This document shows, one piece after another, positions 8,387 through 17,358 of a DNA stretch of 64,000 nt. Each line of letters begins with the position of its first letter. The stretch's first letter is position 1. The notes under the pieces are model-generated. The model searched no databases. It worked only from the letters and a program-made list of their open reading frames with translations, and was not told where the DNA came from. Both the position numbers and the translations under genes were made by a program. The stretch lies in the sequence record OU509535.1; one strand, given 5' to 3'.

Positions 8387-9917
8387 ATACACCAACAACA
8401 CAACGACCAATGAATCTCATATCAGGTTCCATTGGAACTTGTAGTTTTACTTTATCTAGTTCAATTGACATATTTTCTACTGCAACATTTTCATAAAACC
8501 CAGATGACATAAGTTCTTGTACTTGTACTGATTTTGGTTCATCTACTGTAATAACCAATTCATAATTAATACCATCACTGGAAGGTACCCATGAAGATAT
8601 ATCAGAAATGTCTATTGTTTGAGAACCACTAATACGTTTCCATTTACCATTAATTTTTTGAATTAATGTATTAAAACTAGGAGAAAAAGCTAACATACCA
8701 TTTTCACCTAAAGTATTATTAGATGCATCAATAAATGGTGGTCTAAACCCAATCTCAGTTAATTTGGTTTCCCCATTATAACCATCCACAGTCGGACTTT
8801 GTGGGAAAAATAAAATTTCTGTATTTTTCCAACGCTGCACTTCTTTTGATAAGGCCGTGGCCGAGAATTCACCAGTTACCGAACCCCTGTGATATAAACC
8901 AGTGCTACTATCAGACCATTTACTTGGGTCTATTCCGGGGTTTGTGGTTGGATCATATGGTTTGCTGTTAAATGTAATCGAAGGTTTATCGACGGTACCA
9001 TATGTTGCTGCAAAACGTCCTTCAGCTTCTGAAATACCATCATCATACATTGCATCTCCGGTTCTACGTAAACCATCTAAACCATATAAATCAAGTACAG
9101 ATTGTACATCGGAAACTGAAGTTGGGAATTGTCGTCCATATGAATTCACTAGTTTATTATCAAATGTAACACTAGTGGCTGCAATACGGGTAGCATACTG
9201 ACGAAGACTTTGCCATTTGGTACCAGTACTAATGATCCAGTCACTATCACGTAAGCCTGGGTCATAACTAGCATTACCAACCTCGAATTGTTCTGTTAGA
9301 TCTGGGTCTGATGTTAATGATATAAGACCTTCATGACCAGTAGTTGGGATTTGATCTACATTAAATCTTGCATAAGCAGAGGTAACTGATTTAGAACCAT
9401 TACCATCTGTGGTAAAATAATATTTAATTTCCAACCAGTCACCCTCACCTGATGGGTTGGTTGGTGTGAATATAACTGGTGATGTTGAAGGATTTGTAGT
9501 ACTCATGTGAGTAGTAGCTAGATCAACAATACCACGAGTTACGTAATAATCACCTGAATTGGTTGAGTCCGTTGGTGGTAGATTATCGTAAACCGAAATT
9601 TCTGATGGTGGATCTACATCATCGGTATTTGGATTAAAAGTACCTTTATATGTCATACCATTCAATAATGTATCTGGTAAATTTGCAATTGAAATTTTAC
9701 CATTAGCATCTAATTGAACAAAACGTCGATATTCTACTGTATCATCTAATAATTGTAATGTACCTTCAAAAGCTTCCCATTCACTATTATAACGAATCAT
9801 TCCCGGACGTTTAATGTCATTTGGTGGATTTTTCAATAGTGCTTTTGGTAATTCCAAGAAACCATTAGTACTATCGATAATAACACCAGAATCACCACGT
9901 ATTCTATATATACTCAT
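8385..9917 (-). CDS. putative virion structural (fibre/baseplate-associated) protein
   Basis: 510 aa, T/S/D/G-rich; N-terminal LELP...RPGMIRYN...FEG motif seen in phage fibre proteins; late-type promoter upstream. Confidence 0.6.
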   Translation of the reverse strand: MSIYRIRGDSGVIIDSTNGFLELPKALLKNPPNDIKRPGMIRYNSEWEAFEGTLQLLDDTVEYRRFVQLDANGKISIANLPDTLLNGMTYKGTFNPNTDDVDPPSEISVYDNLPPTDSTNSGDYYVTRGIVDLATTHMSTTNPSTSPVIFTPTNPSGEGDWLEIKYYFTTDGNGSKSVTSAYARFNVDQIPTTGHEGLISLTSDPDLTEQFEVGNASYDPGLRDSDWIISTGTKWQSLRQYATRIAATSVTFDNKLVNSYGRQFPTSVSDVQSVLDLYGLDGLRRTGDAMYDDGISEAEGRFAATYGTVDKPSITFNSKPYDPTTNPGIDPSKWSDSSTGLYHRGSVTGEFSATALSKEVQRWKNTEILFFPQSPTVDGYNGETKLTEIGFRPPFIDASNNTLGENGMLAFSPSFNTLIQKINGKWKRISGSQTIDISDISSWVPSSDGINYELVITVDEPKSVQVQELMSSGFYENVAVENMSIELDKVKLQVPMEPDMRFIGRCVVGV

Positions 9918-10080
9918 TTATATATTTCCTCAATAAGTAATATTGTATATGGTATTTATTTTTCGATAATAAAAAAGTTATTCTTGAAATTATATGTTTA
10001 CACACAAACTACGGTACTTTTTCCATGAACAATATATTCTTTATTTTTAATAAATTATTATATCAAAATCTTGAACCGCA

Positions 10081-10428
10081 TTATACAGATGGTATACTAA
10101 TAAGAGGTTTCCATACACCGCTGTCTTTGATAAAAATATTAACGATGTTGGTTGTATCAATTTGGTAATATACATTACCATCTTCACCTGTACTGGAATC
10201 TGGAATATCAGTTCCTCGTAATATAGTACTGTTTAATTTAGTATTAAGATGGTTTAATGTAACCAGATGTTGATCTTTGGTAGGTTCACCAGCTTCCACT
10301 GGCAATAATAGTGTGCCTTCGTAATTATAAATTTTTACATCGGTACCATCTGTACTTAATTTTGCACCATTTTTACCAAGAACAAAATCCTTCTTCATAG
10401 TCCCTTCTAAGTTAGAAAAAATTGCCAT
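10081..10428 (-). CDS. putative virion structural protein
   Basis: 115 aa; C-terminal GTDIPDSSTGEDGNVYY...W knob module. Confidence 0.6.
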   Translation of the reverse strand: MAIFSNLEGTMKKDFVLGKNGAKLSTDGTDVKIYNYEGTLLLPVEAGEPTKDQHLVTLNHLNTKLNSTILRGTDIPDSSTGEDGNVYYQIDTTNIVNIFIKDSGVWKPLISIPSV

Positions 10429-10440
10429 TATAAAATCTCC

Positions 10441-11556
10441 TTAGATATTGTCGCTAATAGGCAGAGTTGGTGCTTGCCATGATAGTGTACAAATAATTGT
10501 CATATTACCATATGAACTTAAATTAACTGATTCATTAAAAATACAAGAAATTATTTCGTATTTATCAGAAACAGTGTGATTTGTTTCATTGATTACATAT
10601 CTACTTTGCATTGATATATCAAAATAATCATAACCAGCAATAACAGTACCACCAATATCCTCATTTGCTTCCCCACTGAAACGAATTTTCATATCAGTTA
10701 CTGGTGGTTCATACCCCTGTGTTACATTTACTTCGATATTAGTGACAAGATATCCAGCAGGACAAGTACCAATAACCAGTACTGTATTAGTGTATGAATG
10801 ATCGATAGTGTTCACTATAACAACTATATCCTTACCGGCATCTCCTTTATCACCCTTCTCACCTTGCAAGCCTTCTTTACCACGAAATTCAATGCCAGTG
10901 CTCCATTCTTTTTGTACTGGATCTGTATTTTCCACAATATCTACATAATATAATTTACCATCACTTGTGTTATAGAAACAATAATCTTCTGGAAGATTAG
11001 TAATATCAGGGAAAGTGCTTCCGGTACTATCAATGTGGAATCTACCGCGTGGACCTACTTCACCCCTGAAGCTAATACCGCTCGACCACGTTTGAGTACT
11101 GGAATCATAAAAATAAAGTTTTCCATCATTGGTATTATAGAAAGTATAACCATCAAATAAACCAGAAGTAGGGAATACCGTACCAGAACTATCTATATGG
11201 AATGGTTTACCCTGTTCACCTTGCTCACCTTTTCCAAATTCAACCGAATTCCATGTACTTGACTTACCTGGATTTGAAGTTTTAAAATACAAAACACTTG
11301 TGGAATTTGCTAAGCTCAGATAGCTCCACCCAATAGTTTTATCTGTATTAAAATCACTGTCAGGTATTTCAAAACCAATTTCGTTTGGATAAAAATTACT
11401 TCCATCAGAACCGTCATGACCAACAACCAGACCTAAATCTTCAATGGTATTATCTGCATAAGTTACAATCAAATGACCATCTGTGCTGATTTTCATACTT
11501 TTAATACCAGAATTATTACATGAGCAATTGGACCCATTATTAAATGAAATTGTCAT
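10441..11556 (-). CDS. collagen-repeat fibre-like virion protein
   Basis: G-X-Y tracts (GEQGEQG, GEVGPRG, GKEGLQGEKGDKGDAG) separating repeated FHIDSxG...FYNTxDGKLY...W modules. Confidence 0.75.
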   Translation of the reverse strand: MTISFNNGSNCSCNNSGIKSMKISTDGHLIVTYADNTIEDLGLVVGHDGSDGSNFYPNEIGFEIPDSDFNTDKTIGWSYLSLANSTSVLYFKTSNPGKSSTWNSVEFGKGEQGEQGKPFHIDSSGTVFPTSGLFDGYTFYNTNDGKLYFYDSSTQTWSSGISFRGEVGPRGRFHIDSTGSTFPDITNLPEDYCFYNTSDGKLYYVDIVENTDPVQKEWSTGIEFRGKEGLQGEKGDKGDAGKDIVVIVNTIDHSYTNTVLVIGTCPAGYLVTNIEVNVTQGYEPPVTDMKIRFSGEANEDIGGTVIAGYDYFDISMQSRYVINETNHTVSDKYEIISCIFNESVNLSSYGNMTIICTLSWQAPTLPISDNI

Positions 11557-11588
11557 ATTTATATCCTTTAATGAATATCATCTAGAAA

Positions 11589-11639
11589 TATTTATCCAGT
11601 ACTATACTCTTTTGGTTAGTATATAAAGCACAATAAATA
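11589..11639. promoter_or_regulatory. divergent T4-late-like promoters
   Basis: GATAAATA on - (11589-11596) and AATAAATA on + (11632-11639) between divergent structural genes. Confidence 0.5.
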
Positions 11640-11672
11640 AGTTAAAGTTCATAATAAAAGGGCTTAACGATT

Positions 11673-12170
11673 ATGGCATTACGTTCAAAAAATTTTCTAT
11701 TCAACAGAAAAGACAGAGATGGAGAATATAAAGATTTTCCAAATAGTGATGTGTGGTATCCAAACAATGTAGATTATTACTGGGATGAGCAATCAACTCC
11801 AATGGCAAGTGGTGGATATTATGGAAGTACTACAGGTTTGCACACAATTTCTTTTACACTACGCGAATTTACTGGAAGAATTTATGTACTTGCTACACTA
11901 GCAAGCAACCCCACAGATCAAGACTGGTTTCCAATTAAATTTAAAGAAAGTTGTAAATATTATCTTGAATTTACGGATATGTCGGTTTATAACCCAATTA
12001 CCGCAGAAATAAACCGCGAACGTGGTACAACTGGTACTTTTGCTGAAACATTAACTGGTAATTTTACATACATTAAAATTGGTATTGATAGAGATTATAT
12101 CAGTGAAAATCCAAGTGATATACAAAAAGGTGCAGTAGGGTACTTAGAATCTATATTAATTAATTTTTAA
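11673..12170 (+). CDS. putative virion structural protein
   Basis: 165-aa beta-rich ORF starting a late operon. Confidence 0.65.
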   Translation: MALRSKNFLFNRKDRDGEYKDFPNSDVWYPNNVDYYWDEQSTPMASGGYYGSTTGLHTISFTLREFTGRIYVLATLASNPTDQDWFPIKFKESCKYYLEFTDMSVYNPITAEINRERGTTGTFAETLTGNFTYIKIGIDRDYISENPSDIQKGAVGYLESILINF

Positions 12171-12180
12171 GGAATAAGAA

Positions 12181-12786
12181 ATGCTACACAAAGAACAACC
12201 AAAATTATTTGTAAAAGGACATGTATTAATAACTGATATCACGGATCCAAATAATGTTATTACAGTTTTAGATCGTAGTAATGCGATTCACAGTGAAAAT
12301 ATGTCATATGCAATAGCGAATTCATTATCATATGTTCAAGATAGTACTGGGGTTCCTATTGGATCTATTAGTTCTATGCATTTTGGTAACGGTGGTAGTA
12401 CTATCATCGGTACTGGACGTATTTTATATAAGCAGCCAAGAGTAACATCTTTTGGTGGATTATATTCAGAAACTTATAAAAAAAATATTAATGCCAGAAT
12501 TAATCCTGGAATTGATGAACAGTACAACTATATTAGTACTGTTCATATCCCAGGTCAATCATACTCAGATGTTGTATGTATTTGTACTCTAGGTTTAGGT
12601 GAACCAGTTGATCAAAACGCAAGTAGTAGTAATGATTTAGATGGTACCTATGTATTTGATGAATTAGGTCTGTATACTGATGGTGATAGTGGTTCACCAC
12701 TGTCTCATATTATTTTCCACCCAGTGGAAAAATCAGCCAACCGTGTTTTGCAAATTAAATACACTGTACGCATTCAATTACAATAA
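12181..12786 (+). CDS. putative baseplate/tail-fibre attachment protein
   Basis: 201 aa; the FDELGLYT...FHPVEKSANRVLQIKY pattern resembles fibre-attachment domains. Confidence 0.55.
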   Translation: MLHKEQPKLFVKGHVLITDITDPNNVITVLDRSNAIHSENMSYAIANSLSYVQDSTGVPIGSISSMHFGNGGSTIIGTGRILYKQPRVTSFGGLYSETYKKNINARINPGIDEQYNYISTVHIPGQSYSDVVCICTLGLGEPVDQNASSSNDLDGTYVFDELGLYTDGDSGSPLSHIIFHPVEKSANRVLQIKYTVRIQLQ

Positions 12787-12799
12787 TAAGAGGTATATA

Positions 12800-13912
12800 A
12801 TGGCAACGGTTAATTATGTAATCAAAAGAAGTGATGGTACTACATATGCTACCATCCCCAACGATGTTATACTAGGTCCAAATCAACCTGGTAGCAACCC
12901 AGTACCTCTTAATTTTGTAGGAAGGAATAAGGTTGGATATGGTCAGGCATCAAACGAAAACTTTCTACACTTAGTTGAAAACTTCACAAGTTCAAATGCA
13001 CCTTATGGTAACGTTAAAGGGCAATTATGGTATAAATCCACTGGTAGTACACCGGGTGAATTTCTTTTAGCATTACAGGATAATGCTCAACAACCCGTAG
13101 ATACTGCAACAGAAGGACAATGGGCTTCTATACCAATGATTACATTGTTTAATACCATACCAGATGGTACTAACAGTGTGATGGGTAGAATGATCCTCAC
13201 CAATAATGGTGATACTCTTCGTGTTCTTATGAAAAATAAAGAATGGAGGGAAGTTTTAACTCGTAAACCACAAGCAAAGGAATATGAAGCACTGCTTGAT
13301 ATTAATTATGATAGTTCAGTAAATTATATTGAATTCACACAAACTAACAGTACTAAACCTATTGCTTATTTTAATACTGGTGGTGATATGAGCATTGACT
13401 CAAATGGTTGGGCTAGTTTTGAAACAGGCAATGGTGTGTTCCAATTTGGAACTAACTATTTTTATGAAATGAAAATAATGTTCAGGGAAGTTTCGATGGA
13501 TAGTGGCTCATTATTATCTGTCCCTTCTAACTACAAAACGTGGAAAATTAATGGTAGCTTTTATGTTGATAATAAAGGAACCATTACACCGGGTTCTGTT
13601 CCGTGCAGTGATTTACCAGATCCACGTCGTATTGCAAGTTTGGAAACTATTAAAGATGTAATCACCAGTGCTACACTACAAAATGACTGGGACGTTAGTA
13701 TGGTAATTAATGATATAGATTCATCCATTCCTAACCCTACTGGGGTTACTAAAGCAGCATATGAACAATGGGTTATTAATTCACTTAATAGTAGCAAAAC
13801 ACTAGGTTTTAGAGTAGATGGTACTGTATCAGGATTAAGTACTGGACAAACTGTAAAAATTCAACCTAACATTTCAATTAAAATTCTTGGGATCCCGGCA
13901 CTCGGTGTATAA
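12800..13912 (+). CDS. putative tail fibre/baseplate structural protein
   Basis: Start moved to ATG 12800 (AAGAGG SD). LNFVGRNKVGYG...NENFLHLVENF N-terminal motif is typical of large-myovirus fibre proteins. Confidence 0.65.
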   Translation: MATVNYVIKRSDGTTYATIPNDVILGPNQPGSNPVPLNFVGRNKVGYGQASNENFLHLVENFTSSNAPYGNVKGQLWYKSTGSTPGEFLLALQDNAQQPVDTATEGQWASIPMITLFNTIPDGTNSVMGRMILTNNGDTLRVLMKNKEWREVLTRKPQAKEYEALLDINYDSSVNYIEFTQTNSTKPIAYFNTGGDMSIDSNGWASFETGNGVFQFGTNYFYEMKIMFREVSMDSGSLLSVPSNYKTWKINGSFYVDNKGTITPGSVPCSDLPDPRRIASLETIKDVITSATLQNDWDVSMVINDIDSSIPNPTGVTKAAYEQWVINSLNSSKTLGFRVDGTVSGLSTGQTVKIQPNISIKILGIPALGV

Positions 13913-13920
13913 CAAAAATA

Positions 13921-13948
13921 AAAAAGGAGCCGATTGGCTCCTTTTTTT
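13921..13948. terminator. bidirectional terminator
   Basis: AAAAAGGAGCC-GATT-GGCTCCTTTTT. Confidence 0.85.
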
Positions 13949-13949
13949 G

Positions 13950-14423
13950 TTAAAAATATGGTTCACTATTTAAACTGTTGACAAACACAGTCCCTTTCTT
14001 TATACTTTCATACAGAGATTTAAAATCCTTCATTAAATTTTCATTAAGTAGTGTGCTTTTAGCACCAGGATGTAATCTTAGACTTTTATACGAACCAATT
14101 TCTACCCAAGAATATCCAGAGCTTTCATGATTCAGTACAGGAATAAATTCATTTTCAACTACTATAACAAATGAATAATATTTGAATTTACCATTTTTAG
14201 TACTGAATACATCAAAAGGTATAATATCTTCAATATCGGGAACAGAATTACCTAATTCTTCTTGTATTTCTCTGTACAATGCTTGTAATGGTGTTTCATT
14301 ATTTTGAAGTTTTCCTCCTACAAATCCCCAGTTATTACTATAGGTAGCACTTTCCGAACGTAAATTGAGCATCATTCTTCCTGTATTCTTGGATAGGAAT
14401 ATAGCACCAACTGCTTCATTCAT
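13950..14423 (-). CDS. Nudix hydrolase
   Basis: Nudix box GGKLQNNETPLQALYREIQEELG. Confidence 0.92.
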   Translation of the reverse strand: MNEAVGAIFLSKNTGRMMLNLRSESATYSNNWGFVGGKLQNNETPLQALYREIQEELGNSVPDIEDIIPFDVFSTKNGKFKYYSFVIVVENEFIPVLNHESSGYSWVEIGSYKSLRLHPGAKSTLLNENLMKDFKSLYESIKKGTVFVNSLNSEPYF

Positions 14424-14435
14424 AGAAACTCCTCG

Positions 14436-15761
14436 TTAGTTTTTATCACGAAATGTAATACGCCAATAACCAGCAGTGTATTTTGGTTTAACCGATCTAG
14501 ACCAACCCAAACGCTTATTATATTTGTAATAATGAGTGTCATCTCTGTTATAGATATAATTTGATACAGTTTCTGGATCAATCAAATCTGCACCTGTGTT
14601 GGTTATTTTAAATAGCATATTAGGTTCGATTGTTGTATCTTTGTATTGAATAGAACATTTTGAATTATTGACATAATATTGTTCTGGTATAGCATTATTT
14701 AGTTCAGAAATTTTAGATACTAATTTGATAATATTAAAATTCGTACTATACTGTAAAGGATCAATTTCAACTGTTAACTTATTTGCATCATCACCACTAC
14801 CAATAGATGTTACTATCCCCTTTAATGGGTTAGTTTCTTCGATTGCAGTTTGGAATCTTATGGTGATTTCTTTATCTTCATAATCTGGATCTAAATACTG
14901 GAAATATTTTTTCCATGAATAAATCCCACCAGTATCTGCTTTTGGACTTCCTGATTGAGATATTAAAGTAATTTCAAAAATATTATCCGTTTGTTCTTCA
15001 GTACCTATACCCAAATTCTTTGGCGTAAAAACATCAACGATTGGATCTTCAAAATCAAAGTTCATATCCTTTTCAGGAACATATGTTGTCATATTAGTGT
15101 TTATTTGGTTAATTAGTTTTGGTTTTTCAACCTTAGCAGGTAAAGAAAACCATATAGTAGTTTCGAATTTAAATACTGCAATATCCAAATCAGTATCATT
15201 ACCCTGTGGTACACCCCTTGTACTAAATGTTGTATCTACCAATTCCACATTTTCAATACTAGTCCAATCAAGTGGGTTATTGGACATTTGCATTTGTACG
15301 CTTGGTGCAAAGAGTGTACAAATTTGTTCCCACAATTCCATTTTAGCTTGCAATTGTGTAGTCCATATGTTAAGATTGAATACAAATTTATATGGTACTG
15401 GATTGTGTCGTGTAACTTTGTATATTTTATCGATTTCGTGTATATAATTACCATTATCATCAGTTTTATTAGTTGCGAATACTGAAATATCATCTGCATT
15501 AGAACGCGTTGATTTTCTATCCACATTTAAGCTTTCTACACTGATAGTCATAATAGGTGCTGAATTTATGATATTTTCACTACCACTATTAATAATATAG
15601 GCAGCCATTTTTGAAATATCTGCATAACGAACCGGAACTTCTCGGTATCGTGGTTTGCCTTCATCATCAACACCATTTTGTACAGTAAAACCGCTGAATA
15701 AACGAATAAGATGAGTTAATTCTCTATGAAATTGTCCATCATAATAATAATCTAGTTTCAT
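14436..15761 (-). CDS. gp15-like tail completion/sheath terminator protein with C-terminal extension
   Basis: MKLDYYYDGQF...REVPVRY...PVPYKFVFNLNIWT...ELWEQI pattern and position next to the neck gene. Confidence 0.6.
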   Translation of the reverse strand: MKLDYYYDGQFHRELTHLIRLFSGFTVQNGVDDEGKPRYREVPVRYADISKMAAYIINSGSENIINSAPIMTISVESLNVDRKSTRSNADDISVFATNKTDDNGNYIHEIDKIYKVTRHNPVPYKFVFNLNIWTTQLQAKMELWEQICTLFAPSVQMQMSNNPLDWTSIENVELVDTTFSTRGVPQGNDTDLDIAVFKFETTIWFSLPAKVEKPKLINQINTNMTTYVPEKDMNFDFEDPIVDVFTPKNLGIGTEEQTDNIFEITLISQSGSPKADTGGIYSWKKYFQYLDPDYEDKEITIRFQTAIEETNPLKGIVTSIGSGDDANKLTVEIDPLQYSTNFNIIKLVSKISELNNAIPEQYYVNNSKCSIQYKDTTIEPNMLFKITNTGADLIDPETVSNYIYNRDDTHYYKYNKRLGWSRSVKPKYTAGYWRITFRDKN

Positions 15762-15763
15762 TG

Positions 15764-17227
15764 TTATTCTTTCCTATATTTTGGTGTACTTGCAATATCA
15801 TGCAATGGCATTCTATCTGAACTGTTGACGAAATTTACAAGTTCTGGGTCTGAACCTAACCATGGAATTCTGTTACCATAATCGAATACTACCCATGATT
15901 GACTGTCGGCATTGTATTTCCAACATGTGACCGGATTATAATCAGTTCTGAAAAAATATTCTCCATCAGTTGGTGTAGATGGAAACTCGGTACCTTCTGG
16001 TACAGAACCCCTTTGTGGTGGAATTTCCGGTCTGTAGTTATTAGGATCATCAATAATATCATTAATATTAGAAGTATTGAAATTAAATTTTCCTGGGAAA
16101 TTAGATGGAATAATCCACGAATCATCTTTGTACTGATATACTTGTGAATCACTGTATTTTACATAAAACTCTATGTTATTCTTAGGTTGTTTATCTTCCT
16201 TACTATATTCAACATCACATAGCAACCAACTATTACTTGAGTTATCGTACTGGTACAATGAAAAACCACTTACATTAGTACTATCTTCTTTAAAGAAGAA
16301 ATCACCATCAGTTGGATTGGATGGGAAGTTAATATCATACCCAGTACTGACAACATTCCACACATCATCAACATTCTCTTTAAGTACAGGTTTAGTCTTT
16401 TTAAGATATAGCATATTATTAGCTGGTTCTTCTGGGAAGTCATATCCATTTAGCATACTTTTAGATAGGTCTACATAGTCAATTCGTGGATCATAAAACT
16501 GTTCATTATCAAAATTGAGATAAGGTACATCATTTTCAGCTATTGTGATTATTTTATTCATTATATCCATTTCATTTTGATAATTACTGTTGTTATTACC
16601 ATTACCGTTGCCATTATTTGGATCATCTGGGTTATCTGGATAACTATTGTTTTGTAGTAAATCTGAGTATTCAGGTGAATCAGTAATGGGTTTGACTCGA
16701 ATTTTCCATATATGAGCTTGCCACGTAGCAGAATATCCTTCATATGTTTTAAAAGCATCCTGTACTACATAAAAACGGTTTATACCACTATCTTTACCAA
16801 TAACATCGAAATCACGTAAATTTGGTAGTTCAATAACATCACCCGGAAGAATCTTTCTTCCTAAACGTTTCATCATATCGTTATAATGAACAGTTATATC
16901 CATTGTATTAAAATCAAAAAACAGGCCAGGGAGTTTCATGTCGGGAGTTGCTTCTTGCACTTGATAGACACATGAAAATGTGATAGCCTCTAGATTATAT
17001 TTTCTATTCGAGGTGTCACCAAAAACCCAATCGCTAACACTGTTGATATCAAAGCTTGACTCTGAACTGGAAGTTGTTGTATAATCACCAGTACTGGACG
17101 TTGGTTTTTCACCACAGTACGCGTAAAGCCACATGTCAACGCCACCTATGTTGTATTGTTCGGCAATGGCAGAATCAATAAAAGAGTAATCATTCGTTCT
17201 GCCTTTTTTCCACATCTTATAAGCCAT
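15764..17227 (-). CDS. gp14-like neck/head-completion protein with appended knob modules
   Basis: N-half has the neck-like pattern (GGVDMWLY...LPGDVIELPNL...WQAHIWKIRVKP); C-half has repeated FPxxPxDG modules. Confidence 0.55.
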   Translation of the reverse strand: MAYKMWKKGRTNDYSFIDSAIAEQYNIGGVDMWLYAYCGEKPTSSTGDYTTTSSSESSFDINSVSDWVFGDTSNRKYNLEAITFSCVYQVQEATPDMKLPGLFFDFNTMDITVHYNDMMKRLGRKILPGDVIELPNLRDFDVIGKDSGINRFYVVQDAFKTYEGYSATWQAHIWKIRVKPITDSPEYSDLLQNNSYPDNPDDPNNGNGNGNNNSNYQNEMDIMNKIITIAENDVPYLNFDNEQFYDPRIDYVDLSKSMLNGYDFPEEPANNMLYLKKTKPVLKENVDDVWNVVSTGYDINFPSNPTDGDFFFKEDSTNVSGFSLYQYDNSSNSWLLCDVEYSKEDKQPKNNIEFYVKYSDSQVYQYKDDSWIIPSNFPGKFNFNTSNINDIIDDPNNYRPEIPPQRGSVPEGTEFPSTPTDGEYFFRTDYNPVTCWKYNADSQSWVVFDYGNRIPWLGSDPELVNFVNSSDRMPLHDIASTPKYRKE

Positions 17228-17281
17228 TTGAATTCTCCAAATGCATTTTTTATATAGTATTTAGAGAAGATAAAAAAAGAG

Positions 17282-17311
17282 TTGACATTGCAATTTAATT
17301 TCTGATATAAT
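17282..17311 (+). promoter_or_regulatory. strong sigma70-type promoter for the Clp ATPase
   Basis: TTGACA-N18-TATAAT with extended TG. Confidence 0.8.
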
Positions 17312-17358
17312 GTAATCATAGTTCAATACAAAAGAGACATTTTACAAAAGGAAAATCA

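Noticed and set aside
12680-12799. N-terminal 40-aa extension in track ORF 12680..13912
   Set aside because: It overlaps the upstream gene; the SD and conserved-looking start are at 12800.
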